NCBI GenBank assembly: GCA_028534125.1
Contig: CM052817.1
Span: forward strand, 34,536,001-34,600,000
Direction of reading: 5' to 3'
DNA length: 64,000 nt
Origin: Lama glama
Taxonomy: Eukaryota
Part shown: positions 37,984 to 52,215 of the stretch, piece after piece
How the letters are laid out: each line of letters begins with the position of its first letter
Numbering within the stretch: the stretch's first letter is position 1
Notes under the pieces: generated by a model
Databases searched by the model: none
Seen by the model: the letters and a program-made list of their open reading frames with translations, nothing else
What the model was told of the DNA's origin: nothing
Program-made: the position numbers and the translations under genes

Positions 37984-40900
37984 CTGAAAAAGAAATTTTT
38001 AAAAATTAAATAATTATAATAATTCAAGAGACATTTATTTTAAAAGTATATAATCACTCTTAAAACATTAGATGAGCATATGGTTAACTTTCAATTATTT
38101 GTAAAAACTGACAAATGTCAAGTTATAGAAAACAACTCAAAACTCAAGAGTGAGAAGGTGGAAGAAGGCTATCATGACCTCAGCACCTTTGATACTTCAG
38201 TCATCAGATCCATGATCAGTAGGATCTTGAAAGGCTGATAAATTATTTATAAAGTTCAGTTTCACCAAATGTGGACATTTAAAACGTAATAGGATTGAGG
38301 AAGTTGATTAGAAGAATCTTTGGCTACACTACGTAACCTTACCATACATCCCAACCTCTGGTAAATTATGGTGGTAGGATTAATGTCAATATTAACAATG
38401 TGGTACACTACCACAAAGGACCACAGCACTAGCACAGGCTACATGAAGAGGAGACTTGACTTTGGTGTCCTTTCTTTTTTATTCATCTTTTCCAGCCATC
38501 TATTCTGTAACCCACTGTCAAAAGCTATGCTTTAAGGTAATTCTCCCCCTCTCAAAAAAGGGCAAGTAATATGTCAAACACTATAAACCTTGCTAAAATA
38601 TGGCTTTAATCAACAGTTATTTGACAAACTTCAGGTTGCTTACAATGTGCCACTGCTGTGGAATCAAAAGTGAGAAAGATAGAGCCTGTCCTGAAGAACA
38701 AACTGACAACAAAACTTCAGTGACTTCACATTTCCTGTCAAATCCAGTCCAGTCTACTTGGTTTCTCTACATTTTCAGACTGCTCTGTGGAATTCTGGGG
38801 ATACTGAAGTGATATCTTCAAGACTGTTGAAGTATGGGAGGGCAAGGGAAGTGAAAAGGAGCCATGAAGACAGGGCTAAGGGTTCCATTAGTAAGTTCCA
38901 TTTTTATTCTGCTTGTATCTTAAACATTGTAAAGATTGTTAAAAGCAAAACAACAACAACAAAACCTCAAATAACAAAGTCACTGGGGACTGCAGAAGGT
39001 GGGAAAGGGTTGTTTACCACTGTCTGTACAAGCCATACACTCACACTCTCCCTCCTTTCTTTTCTCTAGCCCTCAAGGCCCATCCTACAAAGCGGAAAAT
39101 CCTTCCCCTCTCTCACACGTTTGTACCTTCCATCTTTCAAAGCCCAGTTCAAATTATTTTCTTCAAAAAAATTCACTTTAACTGCATAATCCACAGTAAA
39201 AAGGATAAAGTTCCTTTAAGTATTTATTATTCATATCATTCATTTCCCATCAAAAATACTTAATTTTAATCTTTATGTCCTACTGCCTCACAAGTGAATA
39301 AAAGGGCCCTCTTCCTACAACTTTATCTCCTATCCCTCAAATCAAGACACATTAACACTGTACTTTGCGTGTAACAGTTACTAGTACAGTAAAAGATTTT
39401 GGACTAAGGAGTTATTTGATAAAGCCTTAGGAGTTAACCGCATCAAAAACACATCTGCATTTTAATAAGTGATTTTTATGAATGTCTAAAAGCCTGTAGA
39501 ACAGAAAGAATAAACTAAAAATTAAGGCATGCACAACAAAGGCCAGAAAGTTGTCTTTTATTAATAAAGTATCAAAATATAGGCATTGATATTAATGTAA
39601 AAAATAGTCTTAACAGAAACGTAAGACACCAATTTGGAGAACTAAAACTCATTTTTGAGATGGTTATACTTTCCTACTCTTATTTATTCTTCCTGACAAT
39701 TTCTTACACTATTTCAGTCAATGATTTGACCTATAGTACCCTTGCATTTTCATATATAAATTTATAGGGTGTCTCATAGTCACTGAGAAAAGAATATGAC
39801 TGGCCAGTACACAGAGCAGCATGATCACAAGCACTGGTTTCCCACCACTCTGCTTCCCCTGACACTTGATAACCCCAAGTACCAGAGTCAGCAGGCAACA
39901 AATTAACTATTGTGTGAAACTCTCCATTAACCACTGTGTTTCAAATCTCTTAAAGAAGCTGATCATACTTGATGTTGCCAAACCATGCACTCAGTTCCCA
40001 AGCACAATTCAAAGGAAAGAAAACAGCAGCTATCTGGATTCTTCTATCTCCCTCATTTTTGGGAATGTAAATTCTGCTGATTGTCATATGATATAAATCA
40101 ATATGCTGTTTCTTCTCCATTAGGTCAATGGGACCAGTTAGTAGACTTATTAACTATTACCGCTATTTTTTCCCTCAGGAAGCCAAAGGACAGTTAAATA
40201 ACTGCTATAGAGTGTAGCTGCTCAAAAGGGACAGAAAGCTCCTCTAAAAAAAAAAAAGTCAAGTATATGCTGAACATAACATGTTTTCAAACAACTGAGT
40301 TCCTTAAGTACAGTTCATAAGGAACAAAGATTCTGGCCCTATCAAATAAGATTTGCTTATTTCAAATATTTATTTCCTTATTAAAAAAATTTATTTGTAA
40401 ATAATCATTTCATAACTTATCAAAAAAAAAGTCTCAATCATTATTTCTGCATACTGCATTTACACCAAAGACTGCACTGACTTTCTTACAACACACTTGT
40501 GTCTATTATTTCAAAATTGTCAAGTTAGGAGAGTAGAAAAGGAAAGGCTCATCCAGTATCTTAACAGTGGCACCTTTAGTTCTGGACTGTTGGGCTGTAA
40601 CATGGTTAGTCTTCCTCCCCATATTACACAGTACAAATTTAATATACTCTCTACTCAGGCACACATTTAAGCAACTGTGAGTAAACCAATCTTACACTGC
40701 AAAATTTTACAAATTTTAAGTTCCCACTAAAGAGACTCAACTTAATGTCCTGGCGCTTTCACTAAGTTGTTGCACAATTAAGTTCAATTTCTCTAGTTTT
40801 CACGTATGCTTCCAATAAAAATAGCAGGCTTGGGCTAAGGATGTCTAAAATCCCCTCTGGCATAGGTGGTACAACACTATAATTGTGCCACAGAAAGCCA

Positions 40901-42123
40901 TACCAAGAAAAAACAAAATCCATAGATTTCCTTTCCTGATTATCATACACAAATTGGTTAAAATGTACCCTAATTATTTCATAAGTATGATGTGATAAAG
41001 TTAAGAAAAAAAATTTTACAGGATCTATAGAATCAGCCTTGTTCTTTTATAGTCAGATTTAAAAGTTAAAATAAAAAAAATTTAAGTCATACTGACCACT
41101 GATTAAGATGGTAAGTTTTAATTTCTCAACAGAACTGAATTATAAACATTAAGGTCTAGTATTTAGGGATCTGCTAATGTTTCCTTTTGGGCAAGAGCCA
41201 AAATTCTATTTTACACAAAAAGGTATATATGTTAAAATACAAAGAAAGGAACACCATTGTTTTAAAACTTTTATTAAGCACCTGTTACAGTTTAATTATT
41301 AATGACAAGCCAAAACAGAAAATCATGTACTTTTTTCCTTATTATGTTTGATCCTAAACAAGTACTGTTTCATTTTCTCAAAACACACTTGTAATTCAAA
41401 ACCATCAAGTGACATACAATACAGCAATGTCAGTGATCTGAAGGAAAGTATCCACAGTAACTGGAGAGTAGTAAAAAACTGTTTTAATAAAGGACACTAT
41501 TAACTCAGTGTGGAATGAAGTGAGTCTGTTGGATCAGCAGTAATCTCCACTGCCCCAAAATTCACCTGCCAGTCCACATGCTTTGGATGACATAAACAAT
41601 TAAAAAGATTCAGAAGATGTTACCAGCAGAGGAAATAGGCTATGGGACATATGGGAACTCTCTATATTATCTTCTTGACTTTTTCTTTAAGTCTAAAAAT
41701 AGTTTTAAAATAAAAGGTTTTTTTTACAAGTCCAGTAGGGAATGGGAAGGTGAAGAGGGTTTTCACTGAGGAAGAATGTTGTTGATCAAACACTTGGATC
41801 TGAACTAGATCTGCTGCACACATGCCTATTTGAAAATGTTATTAAACATTCCCTCACTAAAGATCTAACACCAGTGTGCCATTTGGAAAGAATTTTTAAA
41901 ACAACTACATCCAATAGTCTACTCACTTTCACATATTCAATAAATAATTACCAAGTGCCTCTGAGAAATCAGCCAGCCTATGTGGCTAGAGATAAAGTGC
42001 CTGTACTTAGAAAGCTTACAGCTACCATAATTATCCAAATACGCAGAAAATTTCAATTCACTATCATGATGCCAATATGTATAAGGTAACATGGGAACAG
42101 AGAAGAAAAGCACCTAATTCTGA

Positions 42124-43106
42124 GTAGTATTCCATTGTATAAGTATACCACAACTTCTTTATCCAGTCATCTGTCAATGGACATTTAGGTTGGTTCCATG
42201 TATTAGCTATTGTAAACAGTGCTGCTATGAACATTGTGGTGCAGGTGTCTTTCTGAATTAAGGTTCCCTCTGGATATACGCCCAGGAGTGGGACTGCTGG
42301 ATCATATGGTAAGTCTATTTTTAGTCTTTTGAGGAATATCCATAATGTGTTCCACAATGGTTACATCAAACTGCATTCCCACCAACAGCACGTAGGAGGG
42401 TTCCTTTTTCTCCACATCCTCTCTAGCATTTATCGTTTATGGATTTTCGAATGATGGCCATTCTGACTGGTGTAAGGTGATACCTCATTGTAGTTTTGAT
42501 TTGCGTTTCTCTAATAACTAGTGATAACTGAGCATTTTTTCATGTGCCTATTGGCCATCTGTATGTGTTAGAGAATTGCTTGTTTAGTTCCTCTGTCCAT
42601 TTTTGAATTGGTTTTTTTTTTCCTTATTAAGTTGTATGAGCTGTTAAAAATAATAAAATAATGCCATTTGCAGCAACATGGATGGCCCTGGAGAATGTCA
42701 TTCTAAGTAAAGTAAGCCAGAAAGAGAAAGAAAAATACCATATGATATCACTCGTATGTGGAATCATTAAAAAAAAAAAAAGACGAACTTACTTACAAAA
42801 CAGAAACAGACTCACAGACATAGAAAACAAACTTATGGTTACCAGGGGAGAAGGAGGTGGGAAGAAATAAACTGGGAGTTTGAGATTTGCAGATACTAAC
42901 TGGTATATATAAAATAGATAAACAAGTTTATACTGTACAACACAGGGAACTATATTCAGTATCTTACAGTAGCTTACAGTGAAAAAGAATATGAAAACAG
43001 ATATATGTATATTCACATATGACTGAAGCATTGTGCTGTACACCAGAAATTGACACAACCCTGTAAACTGACTATACTTCAATTAAAAAAAAAAAAAGAT
43101 TAAAAA
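42124..43106. mobile_element. Young L1 insertion with 5' inversion (42124-~42645 on -, ~42646-43106 on +)
   Basis: ORF2 peptide [21 protein letters not shown]...MFIAALFTIA on -; L1 3' end with poly(A) on +; 18-bp TSD aaaagcacctaattctga at 42106-42123 and 43107-43124. Confidence 0.95.
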
Positions 43107-43310
43107 AAAAGCACCTAATTCTGAATGAAATCCACGGAAAGTATCCAAGAAGCAGGCTTTTAAAAAGTGTAACCACATTTCAAATTATGCTCTGATTATG
43201 ACTAAATTAAAGATTATATAGTTTCTATAAATACATAACTGAAAAGAAAAGCCAATACAATCATCTGTGGTTTAAAAGCATATAATTATACCTTTATTTA
43301 AATTAATCTT

Positions 43311-43770
43311 ATTTTTTAAGTTGATGTATAATTGATTCATAATATTAGTTTTAGGTGCACAACATAGTGATTTAATATTTTCAGTAGACTATATGCCACA
43401 TGAAGTTATTACAAAATAATGGCTGTACTTCCCTGTGCTGTATAACATATTCTTTTTTAAGGCATTTTTTTCTTTTTGGGGGAGGTAATTAGATTTATTG
43501 ATTGATTGATTTTAATGGAGATAATGGGGAGTGAGCCCAGGACCTCGTGCATCCTAAGAACATAGTCTACCACTGACCTATACCCTTCTCCCATATAATA
43601 GATTCTTGTTGCTTATTTATTTTATACATAGCTTGTGTCTCTTAATGCCATACCCTTAGCTTGCTCCTCATCCCACCCCCCCCACCTCACTGGTAACCAC
43701 TAGTTTGTATCTGTGAGTTTGTTTCTGTTTTGTTGTATACCTTCTTTTGTTTTATTTATTAGATTCTACT
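43311..43770 (-). mobile_element. L1 3' end fragment hosting a SINE
   Basis: aagttgatgtataattgatt...tagttttaggtgcacaacatagtgatt...ctggtaaccactagtttg. Confidence 0.8.
43455..43593 (-). mobile_element. tRNA-Ala-derived SINE (camelid Vic-1-like)
   Basis: On -: gggtataggtcagtggtaga...gcacgaggtcctggg...attaaaatcaatcaatcaataaatctaattacctccccc + A tail; TSD tataacatattctt / tataatagattctt. Confidence 0.8.
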
Positions 43771-44979
43771 ACTCAATTTTATCTTAATCCTATAAAGAAT
43801 TTTTTTCCCTGGCTTTTTTCACTATGTAAATATTTTTTAAAAAGAACTGCCCCCCAAATTCAGTTATCAGTCTGTCCTTTTCGCTGCCCATAATAGTTTA
43901 CTTACATATTGCTATATTTGCACTGTTTATGCTTAACCAATTTTTAGATATTAGGCTAAATCACCTACTGTTTGAGCTTACTGGTAAAGAGTCCCTAGAG
44001 AACCAGTAAAGCCAAGTCATTTTCTGTGTTACCCAAAGAAACTGGCAAATTACTACTGCCCGGCTTTCAGAAACAAAGCAATACCCTTTTAGAATCTGCC
44101 CTTTTAAGTGTAGAATCCATTTTCTTTATAAAGTACAAAGCAGCAGAGTAATCAGAGGGAGGGAGGTACTGCTCGTCATTCTCTCTCAAAAGAGACCTTT
44201 ACAGAACATTTGACTCTGTTATGTATTGTTATAAATTTTAAGGACATGGGCATTTTAAGAGTAATTTTTAAGTAATTTCAGAATATTTATACCACAAGCC
44301 CCACTTTAGATAAGAACATTACATATTAAATAAGAACTTCAAATTCATAAAAACTGTCAACTGCAGCAGAGCACCTGGCATAGTACCTGACACATAGTAC
44401 ATGTTCGATAAGTACATGTTAAGTAAACAGCAAACACATAATTCACTTATTCCCCATTCTAATCAAAATTGTATGTATAATTCTTCTCTAATTTTCTATC
44501 CTTTTGGTCATATTAATAACAAACTGAATATGTCCATTGAAACATTATCAATTCAAGCCACAGAGCACAAATGGTCTGTACCTATATTTCCAGTATGTTT
44601 TCATAAGTCATTCTTTTGAGAAAATCATTTATGACTTACTTTAGCTGTAACAAATATCTCGGTAGAAATTTAGTTATTCTCAAGACACTCTTAGTGATTA
44701 CATCTTCACCACAGGAATTACTGATTAAACAGCAAATACTGAAAACTCAGCATTAGAATAAAGAGGGCAGGAAAAAGAGAGGTGAGATAAAGTGACAGTT
44801 GAGTATTTAGTTACTATAGATTAGAGTCATGACAGACCTGGGAAACCATAAACATGCTAAAACAAATACATAGTCTCATTCCCACTCTAACTAATGTTCA
44901 ACTTGTCCACTTTCAAGGGCTTTAGAATATTTAAAATAGGCACTAAATAAGAAAGAGATTACAGGAGTTTTATACTTAC

Positions 44980-45069
44980 TGGTAAGTGTTCAAGTAATGA
45001 AGTTACACTCTCAGACACATAGATTATGCTTCCATCTGTCATGATTGCTAAAAAAAAACCATCAAGAGC
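44980..45069 (-). CDS. CLOCK: CLOCK coding exon 5 (PAS-A)
   Basis: [30 protein letters not shown]; donor gtaagt. Confidence 0.98.
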
Positions 45070-45479
45070 CTGAAATTAAACATAATGGTCAGTTAAATGA
45101 AAAGAAAAATGTATTTCACAGGACAGAAATAAAAACCTAAAATAAATGACAAAGGGCTTACTGTGGAAATTTCCAAAGCACTGTCAAAATGTTAGCTTTC
45201 CCCTTTACTACCTTAGTACCTATTTTTGTGCATTTTAAAATGCTGCTGGGGGAAAAAAAAAAAGAAGAAAAAACAAACAAAACTATGGCCATTATTGAAT
45301 TGTTGGTTTCTGGAAGATAGACTTAATGTTCTTCCACTTTTAGCATATTAGTTATTATATGAAGATGGCCTTATTTGAAGATGGCAGTATTTCCAAAGCA
45401 CACATGCTATTGATAATAAGTCTTCGGCACACAAAAGAAGACATTATCACTTTTTGGATATATTGACAGAGAAGTATGT

Positions 45480-46400
45480 GAATGAAGCACAGGGAGATGT
45501 GTGTGGAATAAAGTGAAAGGGAAATTAGCCTTAGTCTACTGAAAATGTAGACTGAGGTCAGATCGTGAAAAGCCTTGAATACCACGGTAAGACATGAGAA
45601 TTTTGTTCAAGAACAGTCTGGAAGCAGTGTGTAATGTGGATTCAGAGGAAAAGAGAATTAAGAGGAAAATCTAAGTGGCTTTCAGAATAATCGGGGAAGT
45701 TAATGAGAATTCAAATGAAATTCACAGCAGTAAGAAGAGAGAAGAAAGGATTTAGGCAATCATTAAGAAATGTGATGTTAGAGTTCAGGAGAGAAATCAG
45801 CACAGGGGAAGAATAGTTAATATTAAAGAAATCCTGTACCTTAATACATATTACAAAGTTTTTCATTTGAGAATCTTAGGCACCAAAGTGGCAGCTGAAG
45901 AAATGAGGTCTGCAAAAGAGAGGAGGATGCCAAAGACAAATCCTTGGGAAATTATCTACTTAAGGGGATGAGGAGGAGAAGTGCCAGAGAAAATGACAGA
46001 GAAGACAAAATGCACTGCTGTCAAGGAAGCCAATAGGGGAAAGAATGACAAAGTGAGTGAGGAGGAAGAGCGATGGTTCAGTATAAAAGGAGATCAATTA
46101 AGATAAGGAATGAGAAAATAAAACTGAATTCTGGTGACTTTCAAGAGTTACTGATATCAGTAGGAAGGTGAGTCACACTACAATGAGTTTAGAGATGGGT
46201 GGATGATCAGAAGGCTATTATAAACCACTCTTCCCTTCTAAAGTTCATGAGAGGTCTCATTTTAAGGGGACTAAGTATCAAGGGAAGTCATTTTTTAAAA
46301 CAGTAACTGAAATATATTTGCAGGCTGAAGGAAAAGAAGATTCAACAAAAAAGATGTTGAAGACATACAGCATTAGAGATAAACCATAAGAAGAGTTCTC
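45480..46400 (-). mobile_element. L2 LINE remnant
   Basis: Purine-rich + strand with L2 hallmarks (gaggtcagatcgtgaaaagccttgaatacca, gagttcaggagagaaatcag, gtcaaggaagccaa). Confidence 0.65.
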
Positions 46401-48306
46401 TTCTCCTACCAAAGTATTTATCAAACTAAATTTGAATTTCTTGTTTAAGTATAGGGTTCTCTCAAAGGATAGCAATCTCTGGGTAAGAACTACATGAACA
46501 CTGTATCTGTAGCACCCAGCATATGTTTGGCACATGGCAAATAAAAATACTTGCATGTAATTTATGAATCTGAGGGTTTAAGCAACCTCCCTTTAATTCT
46601 AAGCAATCGCTGAATGTATGGAAAAAGCCATCCCCCCTACCCCTTCTATTGAGGAAGAGATTTGGTATTAGAAAGAACTTATTTTGAGTAGATGTCTATC
46701 TTCTAGAATGGCTCAGACAAACTCATTCCTGGCTAATGTAAGGGGAAAGGGTGAAACTTGTAATTTAAGCAAATTCATTAAATTTTTACAAAAACTCTTT
46801 GGTACAACAAACGCTGGTATTATTTTATAACAAAAAGGGTCAAAATGTTATCAAGAACACGCTTTTCTCGAGTGAAGCTAGACAGTGTTATCTTTGAAAA
46901 CAAATTATTATTTTCTATGATGATCTCTATTTGCTCTTAGGATATTCCCTAGAACTGGGATGCAGCTCTCTTCTGTAAAGAGAATAAACTGAAATCAGAA
47001 CTCTTAATGACTTAATCCCATTCCTAGAACCAGAGCCTGCCCCTTCCTCTTTAAAAGCAGGCAAAGATTCAGTAAAGAAAAGCCTCCACAAGCATCTGGC
47101 CAAGTGTTAACACAAGAAAGGATCAGACTTCTTTTGAATGGAAGGATTTAATTTTCCAGTAAGGTAGGTAGGTATACCAAAAACTGAAGGGGCCTTGAGG
47201 AGGAAGATCAGACAGATGTGGAAGGAAGAGCAAGACAGAGATGGACATACTCATCCCGAGACTGAAGACTGTGAACCTTACCCCTTGCCTACACTGTGTG
47301 ATAGAAAGGAAAGGGTTCATTCGTTAAAATTCATCTTCCTATTTGATATCTACTTGACCCTCAAGGAAAGGCCTGTGTAAACCTTCATTGTTTACTTACT
47401 GAGTGTTTAATCTGGGAAGACTGCATGAAAGTTCTAGGGAAAGGGACAGTACCTCCTTCTGATGAGGCAGGTAAGGCACTGACCCTTTCCTTGTGGAGTA
47501 CTGAAGAGAGCTGCCAGCTGCTAAGGGGAAAGAACTCCTTACTAGGTGACTTCTCACAGAGAGACTTTGCATAGAGGTCTAGTCAGGCAAACCACACCCT
47601 CCCACACCCCTCTACCGCCTACTATCAAGGGTAGCACGGAATATTCCTTAGGTAACAGAGATAAGAGGGAGTGGGATAGGTGGCAATGGAAGAATGGAGA
47701 GAGACAGCCAACATATAAGATGTAAGTGAATTTTAAGACCTTAGTCTCAGTTCTTCGATCAATTAGCCATCTGACCTTGAACAAGTTGCATCCTCTTCAG
47801 GCCTCAGTGGTAAAAGGAAGAAGTTGACCTGAATGATCTCAACTCTTCTACTAGCAGCTCTAGCATTCCAAGATATAGCCTACATCTGAAATTCTGCTGA
47901 GAAGGGTATCCAGACTGCCCATCTGTAATCTGATCAACATAACTAACTGGACCCAGGTTACAATATATACACACATTTATACATATCCTTCAATTTTGGC
48001 ATATTAACATTGAAACATATATTTACTTAATAGGTGTAAACATACTTAATAGGTGTAAACACTAAAAATAAAAAATATGCTTGACATGTTAAAAATTTTT
48101 AAATGTAATATTTTTCAGGAATGTAATTTTAAAAGCTTTGAGGAAATCATAAGACAACTAATTTACATTTTCAAAATTTTAATGTTTAAATTTTCTGTTG
48201 CATATTATATGTAATGTTATAATCTCTAGAATATTTTATTTGTCTTTGATATTTATCTATGTATGCACTACATGTGTCTCGACAATTAATTTAAAAAACC
48301 TGTTCA

Positions 48307-48400
48307 CAGCAGGAGGGAAATAAGCTCAGTGGTAGAGCTCACGCTTAGTGTGCATGAGGTCCTGGGTTCAATCCTCAGTATCTCCATTAAAAAATAAATT
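48307..48400 (+). mobile_element. tRNA-Ala-derived SINE (Vic-1-like, short form)
   Basis: A box agctcagtggtagagc and B box ggttcaatcc; A-rich tail; similar flanks aaaacctgttca / aaaatctgttca. Confidence 0.82.
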
Positions 48401-49098
48401 GAAAATCTGTTCATTGTAAAGAAAAATCTGAAGACAATGCTTTCTACTTGGCTTATTAGTAAATAGGTAATTTACCTTCATTAAGGTTATTAGTAAGTAA
48501 GTGTAGGTATTACAACAATTTATAACTTTATAAGAAATTTTTCATACCAATAAAGCAGGGTAGTTTATAATTAACACAGATCTTATTAAATGATTACACT
48601 GAAAAATACCATAAATTAAAAATTAAAGAGTAATTAAATGAGTTGATTTCCTTTTTTTTGTTGAAGACATCAGCTTGTTTGTACCCTTTCATAAACATAT
48701 TATTTATATCTAAAGAGATAATTAGGTATCTCTTGTTAAGAACATGCTTTTCTTGCATGAAGCTTGACTGTGTCATCTTTGAAAACAAATTATTACTTTT
48801 TAGAGGAGAAAAAATTTAACAAAATGGGAACTATTATTTGATTTCTGACTTTTATTAAGCCTCTCAAAAATTCAGATAATAATGAAAATATGAAAATTTG
48901 GCATTATTTTACCACATAGTACTATTTCCTTATAATATTCACATCTACTAATTTTAACTGAAGAGACAGCTTACTGATTTACATTGAATTATGGTTTTTC
49001 AATATTAAATTAATATCGTTAAAACTGTACTAAAATTAGTAACCCCTGTGATTTCTTTTTTAAGGAAAATAAACTTCAAAAATTAAATACGGACATAC

Positions 49099-49190
49099 CT
49101 CTAACATTAATTGCGTAAACTCTTCATTACTAAGGAATGTAGGTTTCCAGTCCTGTCGAATTTCACTAGCATCTGACTGTGCAGTGATTT
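49099..49190 (-). CDS. CLOCK: CLOCK coding exon 4
   Basis: [30 protein letters not shown]; donor gtatgt. Confidence 0.98.
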
Positions 49191-50459
49191 CTGCAAACAG
49201 ATTGACACATTAGTGGCATAGTCCAACCAAATATTTGGGGCAGTGGGGTAGAGTACAGAAGTCCTACAAGTTGCCTTCTCTTCTCCCACTCTAAAGATAA
49301 GAACCATAGGCAATAATATTTACTGGTCTAGGCAGGTACCAGGAGGTCCAAGTTTTGGTACGATGAAAAATATTTGAGCTAATACAGCAAGTTATCTCCT
49401 TAGATTTAGTCTCTTAAAAATACTAGCCTCTTTGGATTTTCTCTGGGGGGCTTTGAGAGCCTGTGCTGCTGACAGGTCTGAGGCTGCTTCCTCCTTGACA
49501 CAACGACCAAACAAGAATCAGAACAAGCAGATTAGATCAAGCATTAGGAACATACTCTTTTTTCCCCTTCCTTTTTCTTGCTATTCAAATGGTACTACCT
49601 AGAGAAGACATAAGGACGTGAACTTGGAGGAAAGGAGTCAAGGAGGCCAGTCAGTCTGCTTTTAGAAAAGAAGATGTTAGGCTTGCCTATTGCCAAGCAG
49701 AAAGATTCTTCCCAGTCTGAGGTGCGTTACTCTTAATTAATCGATGAGACTAAATTAAGATTTTAGGCAAAAACTTTACAGTAATAATCCCAGATTGATT
49801 CTACTTAGTGTCTTGCATGTTTCCTAGCAGTAGGAAGTTGGTCAAAACTTTGGAGATCCTTGGCTTGGGGTATACATTTTAACAATTTTTATAGTTTATT
49901 TTGTAACACACTTCTAATGGATTTAGTTATAAGAAAGCTATTCATAAATGATAAAATCTGAACTACTTAGGCAATAAACATTTTTCCATTTTTAAATGCA
50001 GATATATTAAAACAGGCAAAATAAAAACCTATATCACAGATTTTACTCTACAAAATATACTCTACTTTGCAATGAAAAATATGGACTAAGTTGTTTTGCC
50101 AGATATGTAAATATGGCATATTAAATTGGTACCCCAAATTTGGCATACTGGAAATGCCTTTACTAGATACAAAGAGTAACTGAAGTAGAGCTACTAATTC
50201 TGTGCAATACAGTCATGCTTTTCAAATTCACATCAATTATATATATTCAGAAAAAAGGACTTAATCCATAAACAAATCCCAGTAAGTTTAGTTAAACACA
50301 GGTTTATTTTTAGAGCAATAAGTATATAAAAATTACCTTTCAATTTAAGGTAAATTTTATTTTTGTGAGAATCATATATCCAATTTTGAAAAAACTTACC
50401 TACTTAATGCCAAAATTAGTCCTCTTTTGTCAGGGTGAAATAATTATGCATGCATATTA

Positions 50460-51330
50460 TTCCATTTCATTCAACAATCATTCATTGAACTCCTAAAATG
50501 TCTGAGGGACTGAATGTGCCATCTTGCAAGGGACACTGAGGTTAGTGAAAATACTATCTGTAGAAGTAAAATGTAATGATGATGGTGGCAATAAAAATGA
50601 AGACAAGCAATTTTGACACATTTACAGAAGAATCAACAAAATTTGGCCACTGTGATACTACACTAAGGAAGATTTAAAATAAATTTTCAGGTCTGAGTCC
50701 TGGGGAATTTAAAGGATGGTGGTATAAAAATGAAAACAAGAAAGTTGAGAGAAACAGGTGACCGGACAAAATGAAAATGAGTTCAGTTTTAGATGCACTG
50801 AGTTTGAGGACATGCACAAGAAAGATCCAAAAGTTACCTGGAAATAAAAGACTGAAAAGTTTGCATCTAAAAATACAGATTTAGCAGTTTAATAGAGAGG
50901 CAAGAGCTGAAGCTATGAACTGAGATAACCAAGGGAACCAGTGTTCAAAAAAAAAAAAACAGGCAAAAGCACAAAAGACTTGAGAACTGTTACATTTAGA
51001 GGACAGAAAAAGAAAGAGGAAAGAAATCAGCTCAGTTAGGGGGAAGTGAATGAAGAAGTGTAGAGTAACTCAGGCCAAGGGCAAAGAAAGCCAGTGGAGA
51101 ATAAATGAAAATGTACAGTGCTTCAGAGATGCTGAAGAGGATGAGGTATAAGAAAAAGCTACTGCTTCACTGGCAGAGAGGGCGTGAGGAGTGGGGGTGA
51201 TGGCATTAGTGAAATTAACAAAAATAATTTTAAAGAGTGGTGGATCATAAACCAGGCTAATAATGTATTCCACAGTGAGCCCACAAGAAAAAGAGACACT
51301 AGTTATAAGTTCTCCTTTTGAGAAGTTTTG
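50460..51330 (-). mobile_element. L2 LINE remnant
   Basis: cattcaacaatcattcattga tail; atgagttcagttttagatgcactgagtttgagg. Confidence 0.7.
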
Positions 51331-52066
51331 CAGTCTCATTTGTATCTAAAATGAAATGTCCTTTTACAAGTTTTTCAATTATTATATTACCAAAATACTT
51401 AATATTCTTAAAATTTTTCTTTTCATGACTTAGTCAAAGTGATTTTATTTGATTAAGAAATAATCACTTTAAAACACAGTGTTTATTCCCTAAATATACA
51501 CTGAAGCCCTTTTAAAATGATATGTAAGACCCTCTCAATCGTACTCTTCCCTTGCTTTCAAATAGACCCATAATTTTCCAACTCAAACTATGCTCCAGTT
51601 AAACTGAACTCTCCCAGCTTCTCTGGTTTGGTACATGCTATTTCCTCATGTGAACTGCTGTTTTTCTTAGTTAATCTGAAAGGAAGACTCAGTTGAAAAA
51701 TCAACTACTTTTTTACTGACACATTCTTTCCTCTGTGTTCTCACATAAAAGTTTATGGTTTACAAGAACTACTCACATTATAATTATCTTCATTGTAACT
51801 AGCTGTTTATATGTTTCTCTCCCTTGGCTTGAGTTACTCGAGGGTCAGGACTGTTAACCTACTAGGATACAGTAGGCACTAAATAAATGTTTGTTGAATG
51901 AAAGAAAGAGCATACTAGGAAATCTTTAAAAAGGCAATTATTATTTCTTCCTCTTAAAAAAATTTTAGGAAGCATCCAATCTTTACTGCCAAGATTATAT
52001 CACATTATGCTTTAAGAGAGGATCTGTTATTTTAAATAAATCCATTTTACAAAATTAAAAATTTAC

Positions 52067-52215
52067 CTTTATGTTTTCGTAAAAAATCAATGCTCTTCTG
52101 TAGAACAGTAGATTTATCCATCTTTCTAGCATTACCAGGAAGCATGGATCCCAATTCTTTGATGAGAACATTAAATTGATCTCTACGTTTCTTCTCAGAT
52201 TTGTTTCTAGATACT
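52067..52215 (-). CDS. CLOCK: CLOCK coding exon 3 (bHLH)
   Basis: [49 protein letters not shown]; donor gtaaat. Confidence 0.99.

Noticed and set aside
48311..48386. Possible tRNA-Ala gene
   Set aside because: Degenerate stems, A-rich tail and duplicated flanks indicate a SINE, not a functional tRNA.
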